Origin: Candidatus Poseidoniaceae archaeon | Lineage (GTDB): Archaea; Thermoplasmatota; Poseidoniia; Poseidoniales; Poseidoniaceae | Assembly: GCA_028356125.1 (NCBI GenBank) | Contig: JAOMTZ010000007.1 | Span: 1,127 to 65,126 of the forward strand | Length of the DNA stretch: 64,000 bases | Reading direction: 5' to 3' | Part shown: positions 45,964-54,804 of the stretch, piece after piece | How positions within the stretch are numbered: the first letter of the stretch is position 1 | How the letters are laid out: the number at the start of each line of letters is the position of its first letter | Translations under genes and position numbers: made by a program | Notes under the pieces: model-generated | Told to the model about the DNA's origin: nothing | Database searches by the model: none | The model's input: only the letters and a program-made list of their open reading frames with translations

Positions 45964-47043
45964 TCAAACTTGGCCCGGTGTTGGAGTTTGTGAAACAACC
46001 CAAGATGAGTCTTTAGAAGGAGGCCCACCATTCCATAGCATTGTATTATTAGAAAAAATTCCAGTTGATGGACTCCATTGGATCCTACATATCTGAACCC
46101 CTTCGCCTTCATCTTCTTCAGCGAATAGCATACGCAATCGCCCAGAACTATCATCCAAACCATCTAGTGAGCCCACGCCTAGGAAACCAGTAGTTCCCAA
46201 ATCATAGACTATACTAGCATTGCCAATTTCCTGACTTGAAGGGTCGCCACTAAATAATGCAATTCCGCCTCCAGGAATAACCCCGTCTTTGTACAGGTAG
46301 TTCGATGTGCCGCTAGTTCCACTGCGTTCGAAAGACCATCCCTTTAATGACAAAGCAAAACCGTTTTGATTTTCTACTTCAATCCACTCAGGCCCACCGT
46401 CTGCAGGCCTAGGGGAAAATTCTGTGACACGTAATAATTTAGGCGCCTTACCGCCATCATGTACTTCCAAACTTACGGAGATTACATCTTCACCGCTGAT
46501 GAATGTCCTACTTGCTACTGAAGAAGTGCTTGCTGTAGAACGATCGGAGCCTCCATCGAATAATACAAACCCTATTCGCGAAGAGTCTGATGAGGACTTT
46601 ACCTGAATCAGTAACCTAACTTGTAAGTCATCCGCCAACCCTAGTCCGCTAGTCATCGCTTCAATACTGACATTAGGTAGTGCCGCAATACGATTTGAAT
46701 CTAGCAATCCATCTTTAATGATGCCAGGCTGCAATACGCCATCATAGAGTTTAGTCACGGGAATTTGGTGCCAATCCTCGGAGGCATTAGTTTGGTCCCT
46801 AACACCATCGACATACGGTACAAACCATCCTTTGCCATTTGTTAGCCTATCTAGTCCATCAACAGCCGAACGGTCTACAAGATCCGTGTAAGGGTCATTA
46901 CTGCCCAATTCTAACTGAGCCAGTGACATGAAGGCTGTCAGAATCATCAGAAAGAGTGTGAAAGCAGAAAGGAATTCTACGACCGCTACAACCGCCTCAT
47001 CCGTTGATTCGGAAGATTTGCGAGAGCGCCCAACCCCTTGCAT
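45964..47043 (-). CDS. membrane-anchored/secreted protein with a lamin-tail domain (LTD) and a pilin-like N-terminal hydrophobic segment
   Basis: ATG 47043 gives MQGVGRSRKSSESTDEAVVAVVEFLSAFTLFLMILTAFMSL. The LTD signature is LLRVTEFSPRPADGGPEWIEVENQNGFALSLKGWSF. The track start at 47262 would overlap the divergent gene by about 100 nt and read antisense to its signal peptide. Confidence 0.6.
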   Translation of the reverse strand: MQGVGRSRKSSESTDEAVVAVVEFLSAFTLFLMILTAFMSLAQLELGSNDPYTDLVDRSAVDGLDRLTNGKGWFVPYVDGVRDQTNASEDWHQIPVTKLYDGVLQPGIIKDGLLDSNRIAALPNVSIEAMTSGLGLADDLQVRLLIQVKSSSDSSRIGFVLFDGGSDRSTASTSSVASRTFISGEDVISVSLEVHDGGKAPKLLRVTEFSPRPADGGPEWIEVENQNGFALSLKGWSFERSGTSGTSNYLYKDGVIPGGGIALFSGDPSSQEIGNASIVYDLGTTGFLGVGSLDGLDDSSGRLRMLFAEEDEGEGVQICRIQWSPSTGIFSNNTMLWNGGPPSKDSSWVVSQTPTPGQV

Positions 47044-47164
47044 AATTACCCGGGGGCATTCAAGAGTCAATAGTGTGTCGCCCGTTAAACCAACAAACTC
47101 CACAATACTGTGGTTTTCGACTTTAGTCACCGATTGATATTTGAGGGGCGGATGGTAGGGCAAC

Positions 47165-50119
47165 ATGATGTCCAGCGCGCATGCTGTATCTGGCAATGGT
47201 TCTTCGAGGAAGAGTATTGGCTTAGCAGCATTACTGATGATTTCCTCTTTAGCAGGAGTCATGTTTGTTCCAACCGCCGCCGCTAGTGTTAGCGGAGATT
47301 ACGAAATCACTGCATCTATATCCCCTAAACCTGACGACTATATTTCAGCATGGGACCCTATCTACTTAGAGGTTGAAGTGACTAACTCTGGATTCTACTT
47401 CAATACTCAAACACGCTCGATTGAATGGTTCGTATGCGAAGGAGCAAAGGATGAAATTTCATGCTACAATGACAGAGAGGAATATGGAATTGGCTCAATT
47501 GAACCATTGCAAATAGGAGCCACATTGTCATACACTTTCCCTACCCTATACAGCTCCGATGGTGACGAAGGAGAATTCACAATAGTTTACAGATTCCTAG
47601 ACGCAGATACAAATTCCTCAAACGATGTAGGAGTTTACAATTTTAATCTAGCAAGAAACCTGGTTGATATTGAGATTGAACCCCAAGACCCGATCTCCCA
47701 AATCGAGAATCTTGCCACCTACAATGGAGATTTAATCCTAAATACAGATACCGACTACAATCTCTCGGTAGAAGGGATTGTCAAATCATGTCCTTCTTGT
47801 GGATTAGTAGCAGACATTGGTTGGAAATTGATTGATACATTTGGAACTGAAAGAGCGAACTCTTCTGCTCCATATGCAGACCTACCCTCTTCCGGAGAAT
47901 CATTATTCTCAAAACAGATGCCACCTCTAAACTTTGACACTGAAGGTAAATACACATTGGTATTTGGTTTGATAAATTCAAGCGGCACCCCCTTAGGAGA
48001 CATGAATTCATACAATAACCTGCAAAGTGTTGAGGTCACATTTGACGATACTGTCGACCTACAGATTACATCGATGTACCCACTAAATGCACCGAATTCA
48101 GCGAAATACTTCTACGGTAACGAAAGCGTATCTGTAATAGTATCAAATCTTGGAAACCACAGTGTAGTTGAACCACTGGTTAGATTCACAGTTATGGACT
48201 TAGATCAAGAAGTTCAGTCTGAGGAAGATTGTAATCCTGCTGAAATTGTACCCGGGCAATCGTTCGCATGTATATTCGACATGAATCAATTAGGTGATAA
48301 GCGCCTGAAGGTGTTTGTGAGTGAAGCACTGAATGAAGGCTTAGATCAAAAGCCAGCAGACAATATTCTCAATGTCATTTCAGAAGTTATAGCAGGCGAA
48401 ATCAACCCTGCAATACAACAGAGTGATTTCTACGGCACATACAAAACAGCAGATAACATCAACTTCTCTGCATCTGTGTTACCAACTGCTGCAGGTCCCC
48501 TTACCTACACCTGGTGGCAAGCAGGAATTATTCCTCTAGGTTCTGGACAAGCATTACAAGTTCCTGCTATGAATCTAGGACTCGGGGACCATTTCATCTC
48601 AGTAAGAGCAACTGACGCACTAGGTCAGATGGAATCTGCTACAACCCAAATCACAGTGTTCAACAGTTCAGATATTAGCGTAGGAGATTGGATGAATGGT
48701 TCAGCAGTAACACGCACCCACGCATCTATCAATGCAGAATATGATTATCCTGCACCTGGAGTTAACTATCTCACAGGGAATGATGTTGACGCATTGATCA
48801 GGATTTCAACAGAAGTCTTCTCGACATCAGCAGGGGAATCAGACCCTGGAATGGACTGGATGGAATTTGACATCAATATCTCCAAACTAATTCCAGACAA
48901 CATACCCAGAGAAAGTCTCACTATCCATAAACTATTAGGATTCCAACAAGGTAACTGGGAAGAACTAGATGCTGGAAATACTTTCGAATTAATCGATAAT
49001 GATACTATAAGAATTCATCTTTTGGAAAATATGAATTTACTAATCGTCGGTGAATTACCCTCTCCCGACATAGACTCTGGCCAACCTGAATTAACACTAT
49101 TACCAGATGGAAAAATGCGTTTAGATTGGTCCCCGACTGGAGACCTAGAAAATCCATACTTCGGAGGATGGAATATTTATCGAATAACCAGTCCGATTAC
49201 TGCATCTGCTTACTTCCCACACCCTGAAGATGTGTCAAGTGAATTCGTCTGGAACGGATTAATGCAAGGATCGCTATCTGCGTCTCTAAATGGAACCACA
49301 GAGTCTTGGGTGGATGAAAGAGAATTACAAACCGGCATGTGTGCCTCATATGCTATAATCCCAGTAGATCGTGCTTCAGAAGCAGATCACATGGAAGCTA
49401 AGGTATCCTTAGCCGACGGGATTCCTGGACTTACATGTGGAGATGCAATCGACCCTAGTGCACAAGTTTCTGGCCTAAGAGCATCTCAGACATACAACAA
49501 CGATACTGCATGCTACGAGTTGTTCATGGACTGGAACCGTTGCTATGAAGTTACACTAACCTGGACATGGCCCGACCATGAACCAGAAGGTAACATTTCT
49601 TGGAACTTATACAGAGTTGAAAACCAGCCAAACGGTGTAGACCTACGATATATCGAACCTATAGTTTCTGGGCTCACTAACCAACCTGGCGAAATTGGCA
49701 CTCTCACTCAATACGGTACAGAGTTTGATGGTATTATGCCACAAAGGACGTACTACTACATCCTGACTCCTTTAGACAACGTAGGTAATGAATTGACTAT
49801 TGTCGACTATCCATCTAGTAACGTAGAAAGAGTGTATATCGAAGAGCAATACTGGGATTACAATCAAGATCGAATACCAGTCCCTCCTGAACCACCAGAG
49901 CCCCCTTATGGCATCGAATGGCTGGGAGACCTAGAGGAATACATGCAAATCGAAATATTCCAAATCGCTGGAGTTGTGATGCTACTTACTATTCTCATTA
50001 ATTTCATTGGATTACCACTGGTTCTCAAGAAGAAAAAGAAAATGTCCCGTGTATTAGCTAGGCGTGCAGGTAAGAACATTGGTAATGATGAAGATGACTT
50101 TGAGGATTTCTTCAATTAA
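47165..50119 (+). CDS. large cell-surface protein (signal/anchor at the N-terminus, beta-rich CARDB/Ig-like repeats, C-terminal TM anchor)
   Basis: RKSIGLAALLMISSLAGVMFVPTAAAS is a signal peptide. Repeated patterns such as EVEVTNSGF and VIVSNLGNHSV occur. PPEPPEPP precedes IAGVVMLLTILINFIGLPLVLKKKKK, a TM segment with a stop-transfer sequence and a short acidic tail. Confidence 0.7.
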   Translation: MMSSAHAVSGNGSSRKSIGLAALLMISSLAGVMFVPTAAASVSGDYEITASISPKPDDYISAWDPIYLEVEVTNSGFYFNTQTRSIEWFVCEGAKDEISCYNDREEYGIGSIEPLQIGATLSYTFPTLYSSDGDEGEFTIVYRFLDADTNSSNDVGVYNFNLARNLVDIEIEPQDPISQIENLATYNGDLILNTDTDYNLSVEGIVKSCPSCGLVADIGWKLIDTFGTERANSSAPYADLPSSGESLFSKQMPPLNFDTEGKYTLVFGLINSSGTPLGDMNSYNNLQSVEVTFDDTVDLQITSMYPLNAPNSAKYFYGNESVSVIVSNLGNHSVVEPLVRFTVMDLDQEVQSEEDCNPAEIVPGQSFACIFDMNQLGDKRLKVFVSEALNEGLDQKPADNILNVISEVIAGEINPAIQQSDFYGTYKTADNINFSASVLPTAAGPLTYTWWQAGIIPLGSGQALQVPAMNLGLGDHFISVRATDALGQMESATTQITVFNSSDISVGDWMNGSAVTRTHASINAEYDYPAPGVNYLTGNDVDALIRISTEVFSTSAGESDPGMDWMEFDINISKLIPDNIPRESLTIHKLLGFQQGNWEELDAGNTFELIDNDTIRIHLLENMNLLIVGELPSPDIDSGQPELTLLPDGKMRLDWSPTGDLENPYFGGWNIYRITSPITASAYFPHPEDVSSEFVWNGLMQGSLSASLNGTTESWVDERELQTGMCASYAIIPVDRASEADHMEAKVSLADGIPGLTCGDAIDPSAQVSGLRASQTYNNDTACYELFMDWNRCYEVTLTWTWPDHEPEGNISWNLYRVENQPNGVDLRYIEPIVSGLTNQPGEIGTLTQYGTEFDGIMPQRTYYYILTPLDNVGNELTIVDYPSSNVERVYIEEQYWDYNQDRIPVPPEPPEPPYGIEWLGDLEEYMQIEIFQIAGVVMLLTILINFIGLPLVLKKKKKMSRVLARRAGKNIGNDEDDFEDFFN

Positions 50120-50140
50120 TGAAATAGATAGCAGAGGCGG

Positions 50141-50152
50141 CTGGTTTTTTGT
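50141..50152 (+). terminator. oligo-T tract after the surface-protein gene
   Basis: ctggTTTTTTgtt lies 22 nt after the stop. Archaeal termination commonly uses T-runs. Confidence 0.3.
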
Positions 50153-50238
50153 TGAAAATTAATCCGCTTAATGCATGAAGAAAAACTTTCTCAGTCAAAC
50201 ATTAGGGTACTGAAAGAAACCATTTCCTAACCGTCTGC

Positions 50239-50245
50239 TTTATTT
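50239..50245 (+). promoter_or_regulatory. TATA-like box upstream of tRNA-Ser
   Basis: TTTATTT lies 27-33 nt upstream of the tRNA 5' end, the spacing expected for an archaeal TATA box. Confidence 0.35.
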
Positions 50246-50271
50246 CAAATAGCAAAGTGGGCCGAATGCTT

Positions 50272-50354
50272 GCGGCGATCGCATAGCCTGGCCATTGCGT
50301 CGGATTGCTAATCCGATGGGTCTTCCCACGGGGGTTCGAATCCCCCTCGCCGCG
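50272..50354 (+). tRNA. tRNA-Ser (anticodon GCU)
   Basis: Folded by hand. The acceptor GCGGCGA/TCGCCGC forms seven Watson-Crick pairs. The D arm is GCAT-AGCCTGGCCA-TTGC. The anticodon arm is TCGGA-TTGCTAA-TCCGA. A long variable arm TGGGTCTTCCCAC is present, and the T arm is GGGGG-TTCGAAT-CCCCC with discriminator G. There is no encoded CCA and no intron. Confidence 0.93.
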
Positions 50355-50363
50355 CTTAATTGG

Positions 50364-51446
50364 TTACTCGGCATTCAGAACTTTCCTTTTATCGTTGACT
50401 GAATTCTTCCAACCAATTAGTAATCTGTTGACGATTGGAATGAGCAAACCAAAACCTGCAGCCCAATACCAGACATTTTTGTCAGGAACTGCTACAATGA
50501 ATACGAATGCAATAAACATCCATGCTAGATATCCTAGCGAACGCATGAAGGATGCAAATGCCAGAGGCATTCTTCCATTAGAATCCAATTCCTCTTCAGG
50601 GTCGATTCTCCAAACTGAAATCGAATACCAAATTGTAATTCCTGTAGCGAGAACAGCCCAAGCATCAGGCAACCCTGAATCTGGCCAGAATAGGGGCACT
50701 GCCCCTAGTAATAGTAGCAGCAAACAGTATATTTTAGATTCCAAAAGTGTCCTTTTAGGACCCTTGACATCGGGCATCATTGGTACACCGACTTTCGCGT
50801 ATTCTCCGCTACGATATAGGGCTAAAGCCCAGAAATGAGGGGGCGTCCAAAGGAAAATGAGAATGAATAACATCCATGGCACAGGAGACCCTAGGTCAAG
50901 TGGGTTGAGGTTTCCTGGAATACTTGCAGCAGAGGCTACTATCCAACCAATGACTGGTGGAGTTGAACCCGCAATACCTCCAATAACGATATTTTGTGGA
51001 GTTCTCCTCTTTAACCAAATAGTGTAAATGAAAACATAGAATACAACTGAAAATGCAGACCAAAAGGCCGCTTTCCAATGAAATGGGAGGAATATTGCGC
51101 TACCGATAGTCGCTATTGAGATTCCAAATATTAGCGCATGCCTCGGTGAGATCCAGCCATTTGGAATTGGCCTAGTTCGAGTTCTAGACATGCCAGGGTC
51201 GATGTCACGATCGTAAACCATATTGATTGCATTTGAACCTCCTGCTGCTAGAGTCCCACCAAAAATAGTTACAATGCATGCCATTGCCGTATCATACCAA
51301 GTTCTATCACCAGGGATTGCTCCACTTCTAGTCATCAAATCATGAGCCATTATTGCACATATTGCGGTAATCTGCAACAATATTACTACTCGCAATTTCA
51401 TTAATTGCAAATAGATAGTCAGAAGGCTTGGTTTTATGTCACTCAT
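50364..51446 (-). CDS. ctaB: protoheme IX farnesyltransferase (heme O synthase)
   Basis: A UbiA-family polytopic protein with GGSNAINMVYDRDID (NxxxDxxxD) and FLWTPPHFWALAL. The track start at 51464 is GTG. ATG 51446 overlaps the ctaA stop by 8 nt. Confidence 0.9.
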   Translation of the reverse strand: MSDIKPSLLTIYLQLMKLRVVILLQITAICAIMAHDLMTRSGAIPGDRTWYDTAMACIVTIFGGTLAAGGSNAINMVYDRDIDPGMSRTRTRPIPNGWISPRHALIFGISIATIGSAIFLPFHWKAAFWSAFSVVFYVFIYTIWLKRRTPQNIVIGGIAGSTPPVIGWIVASAASIPGNLNPLDLGSPVPWMLFILIFLWTPPHFWALALYRSGEYAKVGVPMMPDVKGPKRTLLESKIYCLLLLLLGAVPLFWPDSGLPDAWAVLATGITIWYSISVWRIDPEEELDSNGRMPLAFASFMRSLGYLAWMFIAFVFIVAVPDKNVWYWAAGFGLLIPIVNRLLIGWKNSVNDKRKVLNAE

Positions 51447-52485
51447 CCTCAGCACCTTCTTCACTCAATTGTAACATAATTAGTCCAACAGATATGCTCA
51501 AGAAACTAGCTACTCCAATTATGAGATGAAGTAGAGATAGGCCCTCAGGGAAATCTCCCATTTTGGCAAAAACAACGTACATCCCGCCAACTACAACATT
51601 CATCAGCCAAAACCCAGTTGCTAAATCCAGACATTTGTGATATCCTAAATGGGCTTCGAATTCGTTGGTTTTCTCTTTAAACTTCATGCCGCCTAAAATC
51701 AATGCTATACCAACTACTCCAGCACCTAATCGATGAACCATTTGAACTAATATTCCGCTAGCATCCATTGTAGGAAAGAAATCGCCTTGGCATTTCGGCC
51801 AACCATCCGGGAAACCAACAGAACAACCTTGGTTTCCGTCTGCAGATGAAGAAACCCATGCGCCAAGAATCAGAAGTGAAAATATAGCAATCGTGAGTAT
51901 CATCAGCCGTTTGAATTGGGATTGCTTGAATCCAGGTGGTGCACTCAGAACTGCCCATTTGACACCTTCTAATTTCCTCATACTCAGATATTGCCAAATC
52001 AATATGAAAAGGAATGATGATGCTAAGCCGAGGTGTAATGCTACCGACCAATCCGCATTATCGTACTTGACAGTAATTGCGCCAGCAAGACCTTGAACCA
52101 TCAACAGTATTCCTGTGAAAAATGAAACCTTGACTAATTTGTCCCCGTAGATTTGTTTACGTTTCCAAATAATCAAGAAATTTGCCAATACTGGAATCGC
52201 CATTAGGCTTGCAAGGAAGCGATGTATCCACTCGGTGAATATTTCAAAAGTGGTATATCGATGGTCTTCACCTCGGCTATCAAATTCTTCAGTTTCATTG
52301 AACCATTCACCTTGCTGCTCTTCAGAAATATCAAATCCCCAAGTTCCAAAACATTGAGGCCAATCAGGACAAGATTCTCCCGCATCATAAATCCTGATAG
52401 TCCCCCCTGCAACAACAATTACCATCGCCATCATGGCTATCGCCAGAGGAAGCGTGGAGGGGCGACGGTACCATTTGGCATCCAT
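51439..52485 (-). CDS. ctaA: heme A synthase (CtaA/COX15 family)
   Basis: GGTIRIYDAGESCPDWPQCFG, the paired His-containing helices (HRFLA, HRLGA) and a second Cys pair CSVGFPDGWPKC. Confidence 0.88.
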   Translation of the reverse strand: MDAKWYRRPSTLPLAIAMMAMVIVVAGGTIRIYDAGESCPDWPQCFGTWGFDISEEQQGEWFNETEEFDSRGEDHRYTTFEIFTEWIHRFLASLMAIPVLANFLIIWKRKQIYGDKLVKVSFFTGILLMVQGLAGAITVKYDNADWSVALHLGLASSFLFILIWQYLSMRKLEGVKWAVLSAPPGFKQSQFKRLMILTIAIFSLLILGAWVSSSADGNQGCSVGFPDGWPKCQGDFFPTMDASGILVQMVHRLGAGVVGIALILGGMKFKEKTNEFEAHLGYHKCLDLATGFWLMNVVVGGMYVVFAKMGDFPEGLSLLHLIIGVASFLSISVGLIMLQLSEEGAEDE

Positions 52486-52541
52486 TAAACCGTGGGGGTC
52501 GTAGGCTCCCTTTTAACAAACCGGACTTCGTGCGCAGAACC

Positions 52542-53381
52542 ATGAGGGGGAGTACACTAACCTGTTTGCTCAGCATAGTCTTGTTTTTTCCCGTATTAGC
52601 GGGAGCACACGGCTTGGAAGGAATGCATTCTGAAGGTTACATTGTTGATGTAATAGTCATCGACTTAGAATGTGATGAAAACGAGACGTGCGTGTCCAGG
52701 CCGAACAACGTAGTCGAGTACTTTGGAACGGACTGGTGTGAGGAATGCCCCCAAGTTGAGCAGCAACTAAGTAATTTCTCGAACAATGATTCTGTTATCA
52801 TAAGCCACAGACCTTCTCCACTTGATGACTTTTGGCTGCAAGGGTCTCGAGATCGATTCTTAGAGGTTTATGGACTATGGGGGTATCCTACTTTAGCCAT
52901 TGACGGGCATTATATTCTTGCAGGTCCCACTCAATCTCAGGAATTAGGTAGATTACTCTCTGAATCAGTTTCAAATTATTCAGGAGTTACAAATGTTAGT
53001 CTGGATAATAACTCTCTTCAAATTGAAGGGAACTTTTCTGAGCTACACATAGACGTCTGGACTGTGTATTCTAACGACAATCTAACAAATATTGCTGCAG
53101 CCCATTCAAACCTTTCTGAGAGTAATAATGTCAGTATAGATGGAGAGAAATTGATTATCGTCATATCGAATCCAGGATATATTGCATTGGTTTCAGGTTC
53201 AACACTTCCTGCTAATGATTACACACCGGACGGAGGTCTTGATGGCCTTGGTGAAGAAGGCAACTCAGTACAAGGTTCTACAATCATCATCATCACAGTT
53301 TTGTTGCTAATGATTAGCCTTCCAGCAACCCTACAATTGATAGAAATAATGCGAAATAACAACCAATTAGAAGAAGAATAG
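52542..53381 (+). CDS. secreted, C-terminally anchored thioredoxin-like CxxC protein
   Basis: MRGSTLTCLLSIVLFFPVLAGA is a signal peptide. YFGTDWCEECPQVEQQL matches WCxxC, and a C-terminal TM segment TIIIITVLLLMISLPATL follows. The track start at 52530 is GTG. Confidence 0.55.
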   Translation: MRGSTLTCLLSIVLFFPVLAGAHGLEGMHSEGYIVDVIVIDLECDENETCVSRPNNVVEYFGTDWCEECPQVEQQLSNFSNNDSVIISHRPSPLDDFWLQGSRDRFLEVYGLWGYPTLAIDGHYILAGPTQSQELGRLLSESVSNYSGVTNVSLDNNSLQIEGNFSELHIDVWTVYSNDNLTNIAAAHSNLSESNNVSIDGEKLIIVISNPGYIALVSGSTLPANDYTPDGGLDGLGEEGNSVQGSTIIIITVLLLMISLPATLQLIEIMRNNNQLEEE

Positions 53382-53459
53382 GCCTTATTTTGTTGCGCAG
53401 GGTTCAATAACAGGGCGCTGGTCGCAAAACTCGCACGTACTGTGCATGAGGTGTCCTGA

Positions 53460-53714
53460 ATGGTAAAGCCAAGACGACAACATACCCGCTTTGAACGCGC
53501 AAGAATCATCGGCGCACGTGCTCTACAAATTGGAATGGGTGCACCACTGAATGCTCCAGAAGACGTACTTCGTGAAGCATTCAAGGCAGAATTAGTTTCA
53601 CTTTATGGATTGGATGAGGCGTCTGTTCGTTTCGTTCTTGACCCTCTAAAGATTGCAATGTATGAGTATGAAAATGAACTTATACCAATCGATACCGATC
53701 CTCACGAAGATTGA
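53460..53714 (+). CDS. rpoK: DNA-directed RNA polymerase subunit K (Rpo6)
   Basis: [21 protein letters not shown] ... [18 protein letters not shown] roughly 25-aa insertion lies between the two conserved blocks. Confidence 0.85.
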   Translation: MVKPRRQHTRFERARIIGARALQIGMGAPLNAPEDVLREAFKAELVSLYGLDEASVRFVLDPLKIAMYEYENELIPIDTDPHED

Positions 53715-53721
53715 GTTTGAA

Positions 53722-54804
53722 TCAATTGTCGGATGAATATCCGTAAAAGTCTGCATTTGCAGGTCCAGGTAAAGCATCTCGCTTGACTAACATTGTTCTT
53801 ACAGCCCACAGATCTGTAAAAATTCTGTATTTTAGTGTCATGTCCAAATAGTCTACACCACTAGAACCACCAGTCCCCATTCTTCTTCCAATCATCCTCT
53901 CAACCATTCTAGCATGGTGTGACCTGAATAGTAGCATTGCCTGCTCTAGGTCAACGATTGTGTCAATCAATCTTCTAGGCCATGATAAAAGTGGTAATTC
54001 ACGATAGGATTCAATGAATAATAAACCAGCTCTAGCAGCAACGACTTTTCCGTCGGGCATTAAGAAATCTTGTGCACCAGAAATTCCTGCTTCAATTCGT
54101 GGCCTAATTGTTTCTTCAGTCCCATGACCTATCTTCACCATGTGAGCAATTACTGACTCGGCATGCACAGACATAGATTCTATGTGCTTTTCAGCAAAAT
54201 CTTGCAGTATGCCCTCATCTCCAGAAACCCCGTTAACTGGAGTTCTAGCCAGCCATTTCTGAACAACATCATTCAATGAAGGCATGTTATCGATTCGAAT
54301 CATGTTTTCCATCACATCATCACTTAGTTTACCTTCAGAATGTAATTTCCGATTGTGGACCATAGGATCCATGCCTCCGATTCTTTGCTCGGATTCTAGA
54401 CCCAATAGCATCTCAAGTGTACGCATTTGCCAACTTTCAAATCCAGAAGATGTACCCAACCTATCACGGAATGCTAAGAAATCATGAGGAGAAAGAGTCT
54501 GCATGACTCTCCATTGGGAAGCTAATAGGCGGAATATTTCAGAACACCTTTCAAGATGGCTAACTATGACTGGTATCTTCTTTTCATCAACTTCATCTAC
54601 ATTCAACAAATTTAGAGCCTCTTCGAGTTCACGGTTTATTTGTTTGAACCACAATTCAAATGCTTGGTGTACAACGATAAAATGCATTTCGTGGTTCGAA
54701 GGTGGAGGATTATGGCCATCTGGTCCTGATTGAAGTGATAGCAATTCATCCAATCGCAGGTAGTTTCCGTAAGTCATTCGGCTACCGGGGGTTTCGCTGC
54801 TCAT
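53722..54804 (-). CDS. kynA: tryptophan 2,3-dioxygenase
   Basis: MTYGNYLRLDELLSLQ, NHEMHFIVVHQAFELWFKQ, FRDRLGTSSGFESWQMR and GTGGSSGVDYL. Confidence 0.88.
   Translation of the reverse strand: MSSETPGSRMTYGNYLRLDELLSLQSGPDGHNPPPSNHEMHFIVVHQAFELWFKQINRELEEALNLLNVDEVDEKKIPVIVSHLERCSEIFRLLASQWRVMQTLSPHDFLAFRDRLGTSSGFESWQMRTLEMLLGLESEQRIGGMDPMVHNRKLHSEGKLSDDVMENMIRIDNMPSLNDVVQKWLARTPVNGVSGDEGILQDFAEKHIESMSVHAESVIAHMVKIGHGTEETIRPRIEAGISGAQDFLMPDGKVVAARAGLLFIESYRELPLLSWPRRLIDTIVDLEQAMLLFRSHHARMVERMIGRRMGTGGSSGVDYLDMTLKYRIFTDLWAVRTMLVKRDALPGPANADFYGYSSDN

Noticed and set aside
47044-47262. N-terminal 73 codons of the track ORF 45964..47262
   Set aside because: They would overlap the divergent 984-aa gene by about 100 nt and read antisense to its signal peptide. 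The internal ATG at 47043 yields a sensible charged-then-hydrophobic N-terminus.
50120-50364. tRNA-Ser as an integration hotspot or genomic-island border
   Set aside because: There is no integrase, no direct repeat of the tRNA 3' end and no mobile-element gene nearby. The flanking genes are housekeeping or surface genes.
50305-50838. 177-aa plus-strand ORF starting inside the tRNA
   Set aside because: It overlaps tRNA-Ser and is antisense to ctaB, making it a shadow ORF of a hydrophobic gene.
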